A stretch of DNA of 64,000 nt from Barthelona sp. PCE (GCA_040285745.1 JAUFOR010000008.1:1364001-1428000), one strand, 5' to 3'. Positions 21,597 to 31,917 are shown, numbered from the stretch's first letter. Program-made: numbers and translations. Notes: generated from the letters alone by a model not told the origin.

Positions 21597-23456
21597 ATGC
21601 TTGTTAAGATACGCCATATGCAGCAGGGGGCCAGCATGGAGCTTTCAGGTAGGCCAACGCTCTTATCAGTTTCAAATCTTGATGTTATTAGCAGTTGGAT
21701 TGATGCTGCTGCTGCAAAAGCAAAGTTGTCACCTGAGGCAATGCACAACTCTGAGATATACCTTATGCCAGACGGATTTAGAAAGGATAGAGGGGCTCTT
21801 GTTGACAAAACAAAAACTCTAGCTCAACTAAACATTAAAACAACCACACACATGCTGTTTGTCCTTCTTCCTGAAGGCCAGGCCGCTGCAGAACCGCTGG
21901 TTGAAGAGCCAAAAGAAGAGATGATTGTCCTAACATCTCCAAAAATCGTTGCAGCAGCTTCTCCTCGTCTTTCAGTGTCAGTTTCTCCAAAAATCAATGC
22001 TATTTCGCCGAGATTATCTGCTGGAAAAGCACCTATTGTCCCAGATCGTCCGATTTTGCTTAGTGAACAAGCTGGTTTTGAGCAGTCAGGAAAGTACGAA
22101 AATTCCAATGTCAATGTTGAGTTAAAGAAGGAAAATGAAGATGTCAAAAGAGAGATACAAACGTTAAAAACACTTTTGGAGACAAAGAATATGGACTTAA
22201 AGAAAGCTGTTCAAGAGAATAAGATGCTAAAGAAACAGGTTACAATTTTGGAACGAAGAATTAACAGTACAGAAGTTGCTATAGGTGAAACATGTCCTCA
22301 GTGCAATAGGTTAATGCCAGAGACCGCTGAGTATGGTACTTTTGCAGATATCAATGAACCTGACTCTGATACAGGAGTTTTAGAGCGTAATCCAAGTCAA
22401 GTTATTCGTGAAATTGCCCTGGATATGGATTCATTAAAGGAAAGGTTGTATATTTCAAAGACAGAACAACAAAACAAGGCATTACAGGATGAATTAAGGA
22501 TGAAAAGTGCAGTTGCAATGAAATTTCGTGAGAACGTAGAAAGAAGTAGTGGAAAAAAAACTTCACCTAAAAAAAGAAAGAGACAAGAAAGGAGAGATTC
22601 AGTTCGATCAGTTAAATCAATTAAGAGATCAAGATCTCCAGCTTCACCTAAAAAAAACCTTCATCCAGAAATGAAGAAAGAAAAAAAGAAATCGAGATTT
22701 ATGGATGTGGTACAGATGGCAATTGCTGAAGAAAAAAGAAAGGAAAAAAAGAAGAAAAAAAAGAAGAAGAGTCATGATGTAGAGATAGCTTCAACGACTG
22801 TGAGTCTTAAAGATCTCCCTTTAATTGAAAATGATACCGTTTCGAGCAGTATTTTCATTAAAAAGCCCGTTCACACTGAAACTCCCGCACAACAATCGAT
22901 ATTCATAAAAAAAGAACCAGAAAAGGAGGCAACACCCAAACAAATCATTCAGAAGTTTTATGATAAGAGAAGGGCAGCCGTCATGTCACCACACGGCAAT
23001 GAAGTGAGTAAGACAGCTATGATTGAAATCCTCAAACATCGTTCTTCCGGTTTTATGCCCTCTTCCCCGTATAGATGGGGTGGGAAATCTCCAACTACAA
23101 AATCAAGCGTACGTACGAATATTGTTTATGTGTATAACCTGCCTTCTGAGCTGAGCGCACAAGACCTAAAGGTTCCATTTGAGAATTTCGGTGGAATACT
23201 GAGTTTGCAAGTTTTTGCTGATCAGGACAATAAGTACTCCAACGACGATACTCCGACTAGCATTGCTATTGTGAAATTCCAGGGTATTGATATCGCTAGC
23301 AACTGTGTTGAGAGTTTAAATAACACATATATTGGAGCAAACAAAATTATTGCAATTCAAAAAATGCAAAGTCCCACAAAACGAACAAAACGCAACCTTT
23401 TTGAGAATTCTACGAGTTCAAGTACAGCTTCTCAGATGGAATCACCACATCTTTAA
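21597..23456 (+). CDS. Coiled-coil protein with C-terminal RRM and possible N-terminal ubiquitin-like fold
   Basis: RNP2-like IVYVYNLP and RNP1-like SIAIVKF near the C-terminus. DKTKTLAQLNIK resembles a Ubl motif. K-rich NLS-like tracts. Confidence 0.75.
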   Translation: MLVKIRHMQQGASMELSGRPTLLSVSNLDVISSWIDAAAAKAKLSPEAMHNSEIYLMPDGFRKDRGALVDKTKTLAQLNIKTTTHMLFVLLPEGQAAAEPLVEEPKEEMIVLTSPKIVAAASPRLSVSVSPKINAISPRLSAGKAPIVPDRPILLSEQAGFEQSGKYENSNVNVELKKENEDVKREIQTLKTLLETKNMDLKKAVQENKMLKKQVTILERRINSTEVAIGETCPQCNRLMPETAEYGTFADINEPDSDTGVLERNPSQVIREIALDMDSLKERLYISKTEQQNKALQDELRMKSAVAMKFRENVERSSGKKTSPKKRKRQERRDSVRSVKSIKRSRSPASPKKNLHPEMKKEKKKSRFMDVVQMAIAEEKRKEKKKKKKKKSHDVEIASTTVSLKDLPLIENDTVSSSIFIKKPVHTETPAQQSIFIKKEPEKEATPKQIIQKFYDKRRAAVMSPHGNEVSKTAMIEILKHRSSGFMPSSPYRWGGKSPTTKSSVRTNIVYVYNLPSELSAQDLKVPFENFGGILSLQVFADQDNKYSNDDTPTSIAIVKFQGIDIASNCVESLNNTYIGANKIIAIQKMQSPTKRTKRNLFENSTSSSTASQMESPHL

Positions 23457-23546
23457 TATGTTAAAATGAAAGTAAAAGTGTATCAGTGATTTTTTCTTGT
23501 TGTGATTTTTTCCTACTTTTCACCAATTTTCTACAGGATTAGGTAT

Positions 23547-24767
23547 ATGGAACTTCCTAAACCTAAGGTTTTCCCACTGGGCAGTAGTTATCCAATAGTA
23601 TTTCCAAAGCAAAATGTGTTTGAAGAATATATTCAACCGTTAGATACAGATTATGAGACCACGGAGTATGAAACTGAGTCCCATGTAGACAACGAGGAAA
23701 GTTCAATCAAGGAATTTGCCAAATTCACTGATAGAGAAGTGAAAAAATTTGAAAAGTCTCCTGATGCAATACAAAATAAGGATGTACAACCTAAAAAAAT
23801 GAGTAGTCCGTTTATTGAGCGCATATCTACACCGAAACGTAAGCGTAGAGTGAAAAAGAAAAACTACCTTCCAAATATTGTGGCAACAAACTCTCCATTA
23901 CATACACAACCTGTATTTTCACCGTTTGCGGTGACTAAGCATAGTATTCATCATGCTGCAGATAGTCGTACCCCGGACGCTGAAGTTTTGGAAGCCAGGG
24001 AGTCATTTTTTAGTGCTTTATCACATGTTTCCCCTGTAAGAGAGGATAAAAAGAAGCCAAGTAAGGCAAGTAAGACAGATATAATCAAGCAGAAAAAGAA
24101 AATGGCAGAACTAGCCACTCCTCGGGTACGTATTGAAGAAAAATCACCTTCTAAGCCTAAAATTAAGGAGCAAGTGGAACGTATGGGTACATTTCAAGAG
24201 ATAGAAGATCATTTCAATGCAAAATGGCAGAAAAAGAAAGAGAGATTACAAAATATTACTTCAAGTGTTCAAAATCGTTTAAAAAAAGAAAAGAAGGATG
24301 CTGCAGATAAGGAAAACGAAGAAATATTGAAGGAAAAGAACAGATTACGTCGTGTTTTAGATCAAAGAAGGAAAAAGGCATATAAAAAACATGATGAGAT
24401 AATTAAAAAGCGTCGTTCCATCAACTACACCACTCCAAGAACACCAGGCGTAACACATAACAGATCTTTAGAAGCAGAAGAAAAGCGCAAGTCTATTCGT
24501 CAGTTCAAGCATAGATCTGAGTTATACACAAGGGAATTGAAGCGTTTACAAAGCTTTGAAGACCGGGAAGCTCGTGAAATGGACATGTATTCAGAAGAAG
24601 AAGACGATTTTGATATTTTAGACGAACATTACCCTGCAACCACATCATCTGGAAATGTATTGACTTCTTCGGCTCTGAAGGACATTTGGGATGCGCCTAC
24701 CATGGGTAGCAAGCTTCCTAACAGTTCTTTCATAGATATTGAAGCGCAATCGCCAAATTTGCAATAA
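23547..24767 (+). CDS. Hypothetical K/E/R-rich coiled-coil protein
   Basis: Long ORF. First ATG is 23547 (MELPKPK), with TTTCA at 23518-23522. Confidence 0.75.
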   Translation: MELPKPKVFPLGSSYPIVFPKQNVFEEYIQPLDTDYETTEYETESHVDNEESSIKEFAKFTDREVKKFEKSPDAIQNKDVQPKKMSSPFIERISTPKRKRRVKKKNYLPNIVATNSPLHTQPVFSPFAVTKHSIHHAADSRTPDAEVLEARESFFSALSHVSPVREDKKKPSKASKTDIIKQKKKMAELATPRVRIEEKSPSKPKIKEQVERMGTFQEIEDHFNAKWQKKKERLQNITSSVQNRLKKEKKDAADKENEEILKEKNRLRRVLDQRRKKAYKKHDEIIKKRRSINYTTPRTPGVTHNRSLEAEEKRKSIRQFKHRSELYTRELKRLQSFEDREAREMDMYSEEEDDFDILDEHYPATTSSGNVLTSSALKDIWDAPTMGSKLPNSSFIDIEAQSPNLQ

Positions 24768-24810
24768 AAAAAAAATATGGAAAATACTAAACTCTGTATT
24801 TATTGCTAAT

Positions 24811-25350
24811 TTAAATAGGGGCAGTGAAAGACCAAGAATTATGTGTCTGTCGAACAGCCAAAGTAGTTTTTGAACGCAAACTTAAGCGGAAAATCATTAA
24901 ACAATCTCTAATAATACGTACAATCAATGCAACGATATCGTCAACGCTGGAGGGGTTCAAAAGGGCGAACAAAAAGAGCAAAACAACGAAAATATCAAGA
25001 TAATTCAATAATTGCTTCCAGTAAATTCTACCCTCTCCAATCATTCTAATTAAAACATCAACAATCAATCCTACAAACAAAAACATCTCGAGGTAATGCA
25101 GGAAAATGTGTGCTTTCGGAAGAATAACATAAAGAAGTAACAAAAGTAAATTTAAAACAATGTTTGTTACCAGAAAAACAAAATATTGTTTGCTTATGAG
25201 AACGTTTGAGAAGACTCCAGTCAATGTAGCCGGATCATGTGCCCGAATTGTTCTTTTAAATGAAGCCATAAAACCTCGTTCACGTTGTGGTGTGAGAATA
25301 ATCAAATTCTTTGATATTTCCTTGTCTTCCGATGGAGAATCGACAACCAT
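24811..25350 (-). CDS. Stand-alone voltage-sensor-like domain protein (4 TM)
   Basis: S2-like LEMFLFVGLIVDVLIRM, S3-like WKQLLNYLDIFVV, S4-like LIVRIIRDCLMIFRLSLR. Start placed at ATG 25350 next to a TTTCA. Confidence 0.7.
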   Translation of the reverse strand: MVVDSPSEDKEISKNLIILTPQRERGFMASFKRTIRAHDPATLTGVFSNVLISKQYFVFLVTNIVLNLLLLLLYVILPKAHIFLHYLEMFLFVGLIVDVLIRMIGEGRIYWKQLLNYLDIFVVLLFLFALLNPSSVDDIVALIVRIIRDCLMIFRLSLRSKTTLAVRQTHNSWSFTAPI

Positions 25351-25409
25351 TAATGAAAAAACTAAGAAGGAAAGAGGATGAATATGATATACCAAATACA
25401 ACTTGTTTC

Positions 25410-27386
25410 ATGAACAAAACTGACAGTTTGAGCAGCTTATCCTTGGCTACGTTGCTCAACATGCGCTCTAGGTTCATGGAAGATGCTGTAATACGTTCAA
25501 ATTGTCCTTTGGTTGACAAAAACAACAGATTCTCAGATCTTATACTTGAAAACGCTCAAGTACGCCGTATTCCAGATTTTCATGAGTTAGAGAGTATCAA
25601 AGAAGACTTTTTAAGCAAAGATCTCAGTCTTTTATCTGATGATGAACTCTCTATATTATTTCAGGACTTTAAGGAGTTAGAGGGGTGTAATTTGAAGCTA
25701 GGGGAAGTTGCCACTGCATATTCATGCGATTATAAAGTTATTATTAAGGTACTTGATCATTTTTTATTTTCAAAGGGTGTTTCTATAAGGTTTAACTCCA
25801 TTTTAATTCCTGGAAACAGCTTTGATTCCTCAAAACAGAGCGCTTCAGCGAAAAAGATTGAGGTTTTTACAGATGTTTTTACAGAATTTTTTGATCAGCT
25901 TCCTGTATTTGATGATTGTGCTTGTTTAAGTCCTTTTTTCGGCATATTCAAAGCTATGCGACTCAGTAAGAAAGTAATTTCATCAATCATGCACATAAAA
26001 GACAACCAATCATTGCAGACGTTAGTTAACCAAATGCAAATCTTGAGTCCTACATCTTCTTATTCTATGGACTTAAACGCTGCCAAGTGCCTTTTCTTGG
26101 CCAGCCGTGTTTCCGAAACGCAAAGCGTTATTCAATTGATCCAAAGCATTATCGTTCAAGTGTTGGACACCATCAGCAACCAGGATGCCCCGTCGGTTGA
26201 TACAGTACGTGGTACGGATGCGCACAACAGGCTGATGGCACTGAAAGATGATTGGGTTCTTATGCAGCAGCGCATGAAGAATGAAGAGAAAGGAAATGTG
26301 AAGAATAACATTTTGATCGGTCAGACTGCCACCAAAGTAGTATCAGAGAACCCCAGGAGAAATGCAGGCAACCCACTGGAACTGTATAAGCTTAATTTAC
26401 AGGCGTGCTTGAAACAGCTTAATCTGAAAGATCCTTTTGTCCTACATCCGTTCATAGTGTTTTTAGGGCTCCTCAACCTTGATAATAGCGAGATGTCGCG
26501 GCTTTTGAACTGTTCCCCATCAACCCTAAAGCGAAAACTGAAGGCTTTGAGGGACGCCAACTTTACGCTCCCTAAACGCCGAACCGGGCCGAGGAATAGA
26601 GAATCTGTTGTTCTGTTGGAAGATGCTGTGAAGAGATTTCTGGACTATGCTGTTAATACAACGAAGCAGCTGCGCATGCTGAATGAAGGTATTACTCTGA
26701 GCGTTCAAGAGCATGTGGAATGTGGAACCAACGTTATCCTTACGGAGCTTGCACCGCGTTATATCGACAAGTTCGATAAACGAAGGAAAAAGAAAAAGAG
26801 AAAGCGTATAAAAACAAGGAAAGCTGCAAAATTGCAGAAAACAGAAGAAGACAGTTTTATCGATCCAAATGCTGTTGGGGGTGAGGCAACTGATGATGTC
26901 ACAGCTGATGTTGATGAGAAAAGTACAAACGGGCAGATCGAGACTCCCTCGATCAAAGAAGTGCTGTTGTTATCGGAATTCTCTATTGACTCAGAGCTGC
27001 TCCGTACCATCATCTCAAACACTTTTGGTTCTCTTCCTTTTTCAAGCAATTTGAACACAAAACCGGAAGCTATTTATTTCACGCTTTGTATTGGTACAGT
27101 TTACGGTATTTCATTACAATCTATTGCAGAACTGATGAATACCACCCCTAGAAGACTCGTTTGCTTCATTAGATTAATTTTGAGCAACCAAATAATCTGC
27201 CCTTTCGTTGACAGTAATGGTTGTTACAAAATATTCTCTCCAGGTAATCAAAGATATATATTGCCAACGTTTAGGGATATCATCACAAACAATCAGAATA
27301 TAATCATCTCCAAATTAAAACAAATTGATTACAATAATCAGTTTATGCATCCAACCACTCAATCTTGTTTTTCTTTTCTTTCATGA
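25410..27386 (+). CDS. Putative multi-HTH DNA-binding protein
   Basis: HTH-like NSEMSRLLNCSPSTLKRKL...PKRRTGPR, weaker ones (LGEVATAYSCDYKVI; LQSIAELMNTTPRRL), and a basic NLS KRRKKKKRKR. Start placed at TTTCATG 25410, which removes the overlap with the divergent gene. Confidence 0.7.
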   Translation: MNKTDSLSSLSLATLLNMRSRFMEDAVIRSNCPLVDKNNRFSDLILENAQVRRIPDFHELESIKEDFLSKDLSLLSDDELSILFQDFKELEGCNLKLGEVATAYSCDYKVIIKVLDHFLFSKGVSIRFNSILIPGNSFDSSKQSASAKKIEVFTDVFTEFFDQLPVFDDCACLSPFFGIFKAMRLSKKVISSIMHIKDNQSLQTLVNQMQILSPTSSYSMDLNAAKCLFLASRVSETQSVIQLIQSIIVQVLDTISNQDAPSVDTVRGTDAHNRLMALKDDWVLMQQRMKNEEKGNVKNNILIGQTATKVVSENPRRNAGNPLELYKLNLQACLKQLNLKDPFVLHPFIVFLGLLNLDNSEMSRLLNCSPSTLKRKLKALRDANFTLPKRRTGPRNRESVVLLEDAVKRFLDYAVNTTKQLRMLNEGITLSVQEHVECGTNVILTELAPRYIDKFDKRRKKKKRKRIKTRKAAKLQKTEEDSFIDPNAVGGEATDDVTADVDEKSTNGQIETPSIKEVLLLSEFSIDSELLRTIISNTFGSLPFSSNLNTKPEAIYFTLCIGTVYGISLQSIAELMNTTPRRLVCFIRLILSNQIICPFVDSNGCYKIFSPGNQRYILPTFRDIITNNQNIIISKLKQIDYNNQFMHPTTQSCFSFLS

Positions 27387-28750
27387 TCAAAACGATATAC
27401 AAAGAAGTTTTCTTGCTTTTCTTCATCAAAATATTCTTTGTAACCCATTTTGTGCAAAGATTTTTTCACAAATTCCTTGTTGGAGATTGTAGAAAATTTC
27501 ATAACTGTATTCCATTTAATCAACCTCTTACCCTTCTTTTCTTTGATAAGGGCTGATTGAAACAATAACGTATTAAATCTGAATCTTGCTCTACGCAACC
27601 ATGTTAAAGGTAATGCTGTAACATTAATATCACGTGTAAAAGTATACATAATGATCATTGCTTGCTTTTCAGTTAAGACATAGATGGTTGAAGCTCTTGA
27701 TTTTACGATAATGATGAAAACAAAATTGGCAAAAACGAATAGGGCCGTATAACTTAAAATTACATATATTTCATCATCTCCTAGCGTGTATGCTGTAAGG
27801 AACAAGCCTGCAAAAGCAACTACATCACCCAGGAAGAACCAAATCAGAGGCCAGATTGTTACTGTGAAAACTCTTGGCTTGGCCACACCAACTACATTCT
27901 CAAGCGTATCCACTTCACGGTAAGCAAGTAGCGTGCTCTTCGCCCTAATAATAAAGTCATCAGGATCATTTCTTATTTTCCTGCGGTGGCTGATATTAAC
28001 ACAATTAATCCATAAGAAGACAATGATGATGAGTATGACAACGCCACCGGTGCCGTAGAGACAGTACAGCGATATAGTATCAAACATGAGCGTCGAAACC
28101 TTGACCAGATCGAAGTAATGACACCTATTATAATCGTCACAAGCCATTCCGTACAACAATTCTGTAGAATGCCTGCTCAGGCCATCCACCTTTGTCTCAA
28201 GTGTGCTGATCTCTGCCTTCCTGTCACATTGGATACTGGCAGCAGCTGTTGTACTTACTGCATCTGAGCAGCGGTACACTGAATAAGTTATATTTGTCGC
28301 AGGTGCTTGTGCTGTGTACTGTGGGAACGTCAGAACAACGGTTTGGCTTGTTATCTGTGATTTTCCAATCGTAGAAGTGCCACTGCCCGTTATTGGTGAG
28401 CAGGATCCACTACAGGTGTCAACAGAGACCAGTACATTTCCTCTGGTATTTGTAGAGAGACCGAAGAACCCGATGGTTGAGAGCGTGAACGGTTCATTAT
28501 ATGTTTGAACAAAGATCCAAGTGTTATCTGAATTATTAAACGTGAAGTAATGAAATACATTGATATCGACCCCTGAAACAGTCAGCTCAAATGATGTGTT
28601 TGCGTGGAAGCCCATCGGATAGTCTCGTAACTGGATTAACTGAGTGTAATGATCAGTTAAACTTCTGTATGTGGTTGGATCGCAAAATACAAAGGTGAAT
28701 CCCAAGATGAACACAACCAAGAGGGTGCGTTTGAGGAAAGAATAATGCAT
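27359..28750 (-). CDS. Membrane protein: signal peptide, Cys-containing ectodomain, 3 TM, cytosolic tail
   Basis: Hydrophobic N-terminus and three hydrophobic segments. IYVLTEKQAMII after the last TM resembles bacterial-PH-type domains (weak). Confidence 0.75.
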   Translation of the reverse strand: MHYSFLKRTLLVVFILGFTFVFCDPTTYRSLTDHYTQLIQLRDYPMGFHANTSFELTVSGVDINVFHYFTFNNSDNTWIFVQTYNEPFTLSTIGFFGLSTNTRGNVLVSVDTCSGSCSPITGSGTSTIGKSQITSQTVVLTFPQYTAQAPATNITYSVYRCSDAVSTTAAASIQCDRKAEISTLETKVDGLSRHSTELLYGMACDDYNRCHYFDLVKVSTLMFDTISLYCLYGTGGVVILIIIVFLWINCVNISHRRKIRNDPDDFIIRAKSTLLAYREVDTLENVVGVAKPRVFTVTIWPLIWFFLGDVVAFAGLFLTAYTLGDDEIYVILSYTALFVFANFVFIIIVKSRASTIYVLTEKQAMIIMYTFTRDINVTALPLTWLRRARFRFNTLLFQSALIKEKKGKRLIKWNTVMKFSTISNKEFVKKSLHKMGYKEYFDEEKQENFFVYRFDHERKEKQD

Positions 28751-28941
28751 TAGGCAAAATTATGCCTGATAAAACGCTAAATCTGTAAAACATATACAAA
28801 AAACCTTTGTTACCCGTTAAAGGCATATAAATCACAAACAAACGAAACAGTGCCTGCTGAAAAGCATATTTCTCTGTTTAAGGAATTCATACCTTTTCAT
28901 CTCTGACTATCTTCACTTTGTATCTTGTATACTAACATATT

Positions 28942-29304
28942 ATGAACAACTTCGTTACATCAATCCATGAGGTGCCTCAGAAAGACGTTGTCGACCCCAC
29001 TAAGCCTGGTCTTGAGGGTGTTAAGATCCAGGTACTGACCGCAGGTACTGACGACAGCGCAACAATGGTCATGCGTAGATTTGAGCTTGCTCCTGGTAAC
29101 GGAATCGTCCCCCTTCACACTCATCCTTATGAACATCAAGTTTATGTCATTTCTGGTGAGGGTATCGCTCTCAACGAGGAGCTGGGAGATTCCCCTGTCA
29201 CCGCTGGTTCCGTTATTTACACTGATGGAACTACCCCTCACGGTTTCAAAAACATAAGTGAGACTGAGCCTTTTGTTTTCCTTTGCATGATCCCCAAGCA
29301 ATAA
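28942..29304 (+). CDS. Cupin domain protein, prokaryotic TM1459-like 4-His cupin
   Basis: VMRRFELAPG, HTHPYEH, HGFKN and FLCMIP motifs in a 120-aa single domain. Confidence 0.9.
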   Translation: MNNFVTSIHEVPQKDVVDPTKPGLEGVKIQVLTAGTDDSATMVMRRFELAPGNGIVPLHTHPYEHQVYVISGEGIALNEELGDSPVTAGSVIYTDGTTPHGFKNISETEPFVFLCMIPKQ

Positions 29305-29313
29305 ACATAGTTT

Positions 29314-31653
29314 TTATTCATCGACAATGTCCAGAATAGTCTTCTGTAACTTTGTAGCTAATTCTCGGGTGTTGAAATCACCCTCATACATCTTACCTTC
29401 ATAGAGATGTGGTTGAAGATGGTTGAACAGTATTTCAGGTGCTGCGATACCACCAAACTCCTCCTGTTCAGCAATCAAGGCACTGATAATATTCTCACAT
29501 CGAACTCCAAGATCGTTATCTCCAAATTGCAACTCACCATCTCCAAACTCACATACGCCTGGGATGTTCCCGTGGAGAACCAGCGTGGGGCCTGTCTGGA
29601 CGACAATAACTTTGGGATCTGCCTCTGTTTGGAGCCATTCTTGGGCGTGACGCTTCTCAGGTGGCAAGATGACAGAACCGTCAGCGGCAACCTCACCAAC
29701 TGGGGACTTGAGGCTGTCGGCGTTGAGCACAAACAGGGGCTGACGAAGCATCATGCAAGTAGCGTCAATCGTTGTAGTTAATGCACGCAATGTGAACCAT
29801 GCCTTTGCTGCAGCGTTTTTCTTTTGCATCCAAGGTCCATACATCTTCATGAGCGCTGCGAGGTCAACTATGAGGGTCTTCAACTGGTCCGGAATCAAGA
29901 GGTTCGTAGGCTGAGTCCTAGGCGAATGCTTCCTGTAACATGCAAGACCTTTTGCGACCATATCAAAGTACTTGTCTGACTTATTGTTCATCTTAACAAA
30001 GAACGCCATGAGGTTAGGTTGTGTGATCGAAGACAGTACTGTCTTGGCATGAGGAGTGACGGGCAACACAATATTGGTGACACGAATGAGGCGAACTGAA
30101 TCTATTCTTGTGTAAAGACAGGCAACCTGGATGTGGATACGCTGGTTGACGCTCTTGACCTCTCCGTTCATTCCCAGATGGATGCCGCATGTGAAATCAT
30201 CGGAAATTGTGGGAATCGTAACAAGGTTCCTCGAACCAACAGTGAATGCACCATGATATCCCTGAACGTTGAACGGAGCCTGCACACGCACGCGAAGCAC
30301 GGCATCAAATCCAATATAACCTGCTAGTTCGTGCAACACTTGGTTATACACGCGCTGCTGATAATGTTTCTTGGTCATATTGAACCATGAAACGGTACCG
30401 CCTGTCGCATGACTGAGTCTGCCAAAGTTCACAGGGCACGTGTCCATGCCAGCATACAGACTGACCGTGAGATAGTACCTCGATAATTGCTGAGCGGACA
30501 TCTCGAATGCTTCAGTCAGGTTACCAGGTTTGGAAGGTCTCAGTAGACCAGCGGTGGGGTTGCCTGCAATGAAGACGAGGATGCGTGCGGATACACTCCT
30601 TGTTACACTGGCGCCGAATGTGATACCGCTGCCAATGCAAGACCCGGCTGAGATGGGGGAATCGTTCTTAATGGAGTTGATGATCTGCTCTACCTCGGCC
30701 CTGTTCGTCTCCAGGTCGATAAGCAGCTCGTGCGAAGGCACTGGGAAGAGCATCTTATCAACGTTCGGGAGAGTGTGCTTGAGCAGGCAATTCTCATTGC
30801 TGATGGAGTAGGTGTGCACATGTACGTCGGTGCATATGATTGCGACCTTCACTCGGGGCAGTGTGATGTAGTCGAGCGAGTCGAGCAACGCCTCACAAAC
30901 AGTATCGGTGAAACCAACTTGGCGAGCCCGAACCGAACCGTCGATGATAAATGCAAACGTGGGCGGTGTCAGTCCTGTTTCGCTGTTGGCATACAGCTCA
31001 GGTGATGCGTAGAACTCAACTGTGTCGTTGACGAGTTCTGCCGACTTCATTTCTGGTGGCCCGTTCACGCTTGCGCTGTTAAAGTATGCAGGGGGGACCT
31101 CCGACTCGCTACCACAGATGGAGCAGACGAACCCGTGGCCGCCTCTTACGAATTGTGCGTAGGGAGAAATGTATGCCTTACAACTGCGACAACGCGGTAC
31201 GTGAGGCAAATTGACAGTTGGGACCTCGTGGTCTGTGTCAAAAATGCGCACAAGGAAGCCTTGAGGGAAACCAACCTCATTCAACAAAGAAGGACTTGTT
31301 GGCAAATAGTTACAAACTGGGTATATGAAATCGTGAGGCTTCTCAGCTACTTTTACCTCATCAGCAGTAAGCGTTCCTTGCTGCTTGGGCTGGTCCATGG
31401 TTCCGACAGCTCCAGCAACAAGAGGAGCACTGAAAGGAACGGCATCTTGTCTTGTTGGACGCCCAACGGGATCGAAAGGCTCCTGCACACCTGTAGAGAC
31501 TGGATGCTGTGCTACAAAGGGCTGATTGTTAATCGGACCTCCTGCTGTGAAAGGTTGTCCCACAGTACCTACTGGAGGAGATGTGGGTTGTTGATTGTGT
31601 GGGGGCTGCGTTGGCTGAGAATCAAACGTGGCGTAGCCGTGTCTTCTGCTCAT
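29314..31653 (-). CDS. SEC24: COPII coat subunit Sec24
   Basis: Zn finger RCRSCKAYISPY...CSIC, PPTFAFIIDGS trunk, GFDAVLRVR, IQVACLYT...RLIRV, and a P/Q-rich N-terminus. ATG at 31653; the track start is further upstream. Confidence 0.92.
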   Translation of the reverse strand: MSRRHGYATFDSQPTQPPHNQQPTSPPVGTVGQPFTAGGPINNQPFVAQHPVSTGVQEPFDPVGRPTRQDAVPFSAPLVAGAVGTMDQPKQQGTLTADEVKVAEKPHDFIYPVCNYLPTSPSLLNEVGFPQGFLVRIFDTDHEVPTVNLPHVPRCRSCKAYISPYAQFVRGGHGFVCSICGSESEVPPAYFNSASVNGPPEMKSAELVNDTVEFYASPELYANSETGLTPPTFAFIIDGSVRARQVGFTDTVCEALLDSLDYITLPRVKVAIICTDVHVHTYSISNENCLLKHTLPNVDKMLFPVPSHELLIDLETNRAEVEQIINSIKNDSPISAGSCIGSGITFGASVTRSVSARILVFIAGNPTAGLLRPSKPGNLTEAFEMSAQQLSRYYLTVSLYAGMDTCPVNFGRLSHATGGTVSWFNMTKKHYQQRVYNQVLHELAGYIGFDAVLRVRVQAPFNVQGYHGAFTVGSRNLVTIPTISDDFTCGIHLGMNGEVKSVNQRIHIQVACLYTRIDSVRLIRVTNIVLPVTPHAKTVLSSITQPNLMAFFVKMNNKSDKYFDMVAKGLACYRKHSPRTQPTNLLIPDQLKTLIVDLAALMKMYGPWMQKKNAAAKAWFTLRALTTTIDATCMMLRQPLFVLNADSLKSPVGEVAADGSVILPPEKRHAQEWLQTEADPKVIVVQTGPTLVLHGNIPGVCEFGDGELQFGDNDLGVRCENIISALIAEQEEFGGIAAPEILFNHLQPHLYEGKMYEGDFNTRELATKLQKTILDIVDE

Positions 31654-31722
31654 CGGTGTGAGAAAGAGATAAAAAAATTGAAAGTGCATAAATTATCTTT
31701 AAAAGTATGTTTCTTTGATGCT

Positions 31723-31917
31723 TTCTCAGATGAAATAAGCCATTTTGTGTACCCAACGTGCATTTGAACCACGATAAATGAGAGTTTATTTCTTCCGATT
31801 CCGGCTTCTCATTTGCTGCTTTGGTCCTCGTTTAAATTCGATTTTCCAGTGCTTAATACTAGTATAGTCCCACAAAATTGTTGCTAATGATTCAAAAGAT
31901 AAATACACAGCTGAAAA
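31723..31917 (-). ncRNA. Candidate structured RNA (~195 nt), family unassigned
   Basis: Five complementary segment pairs of 6-8 bp. Three contain a G.U pair that works only on the minus strand. See findings. Confidence 0.35.
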
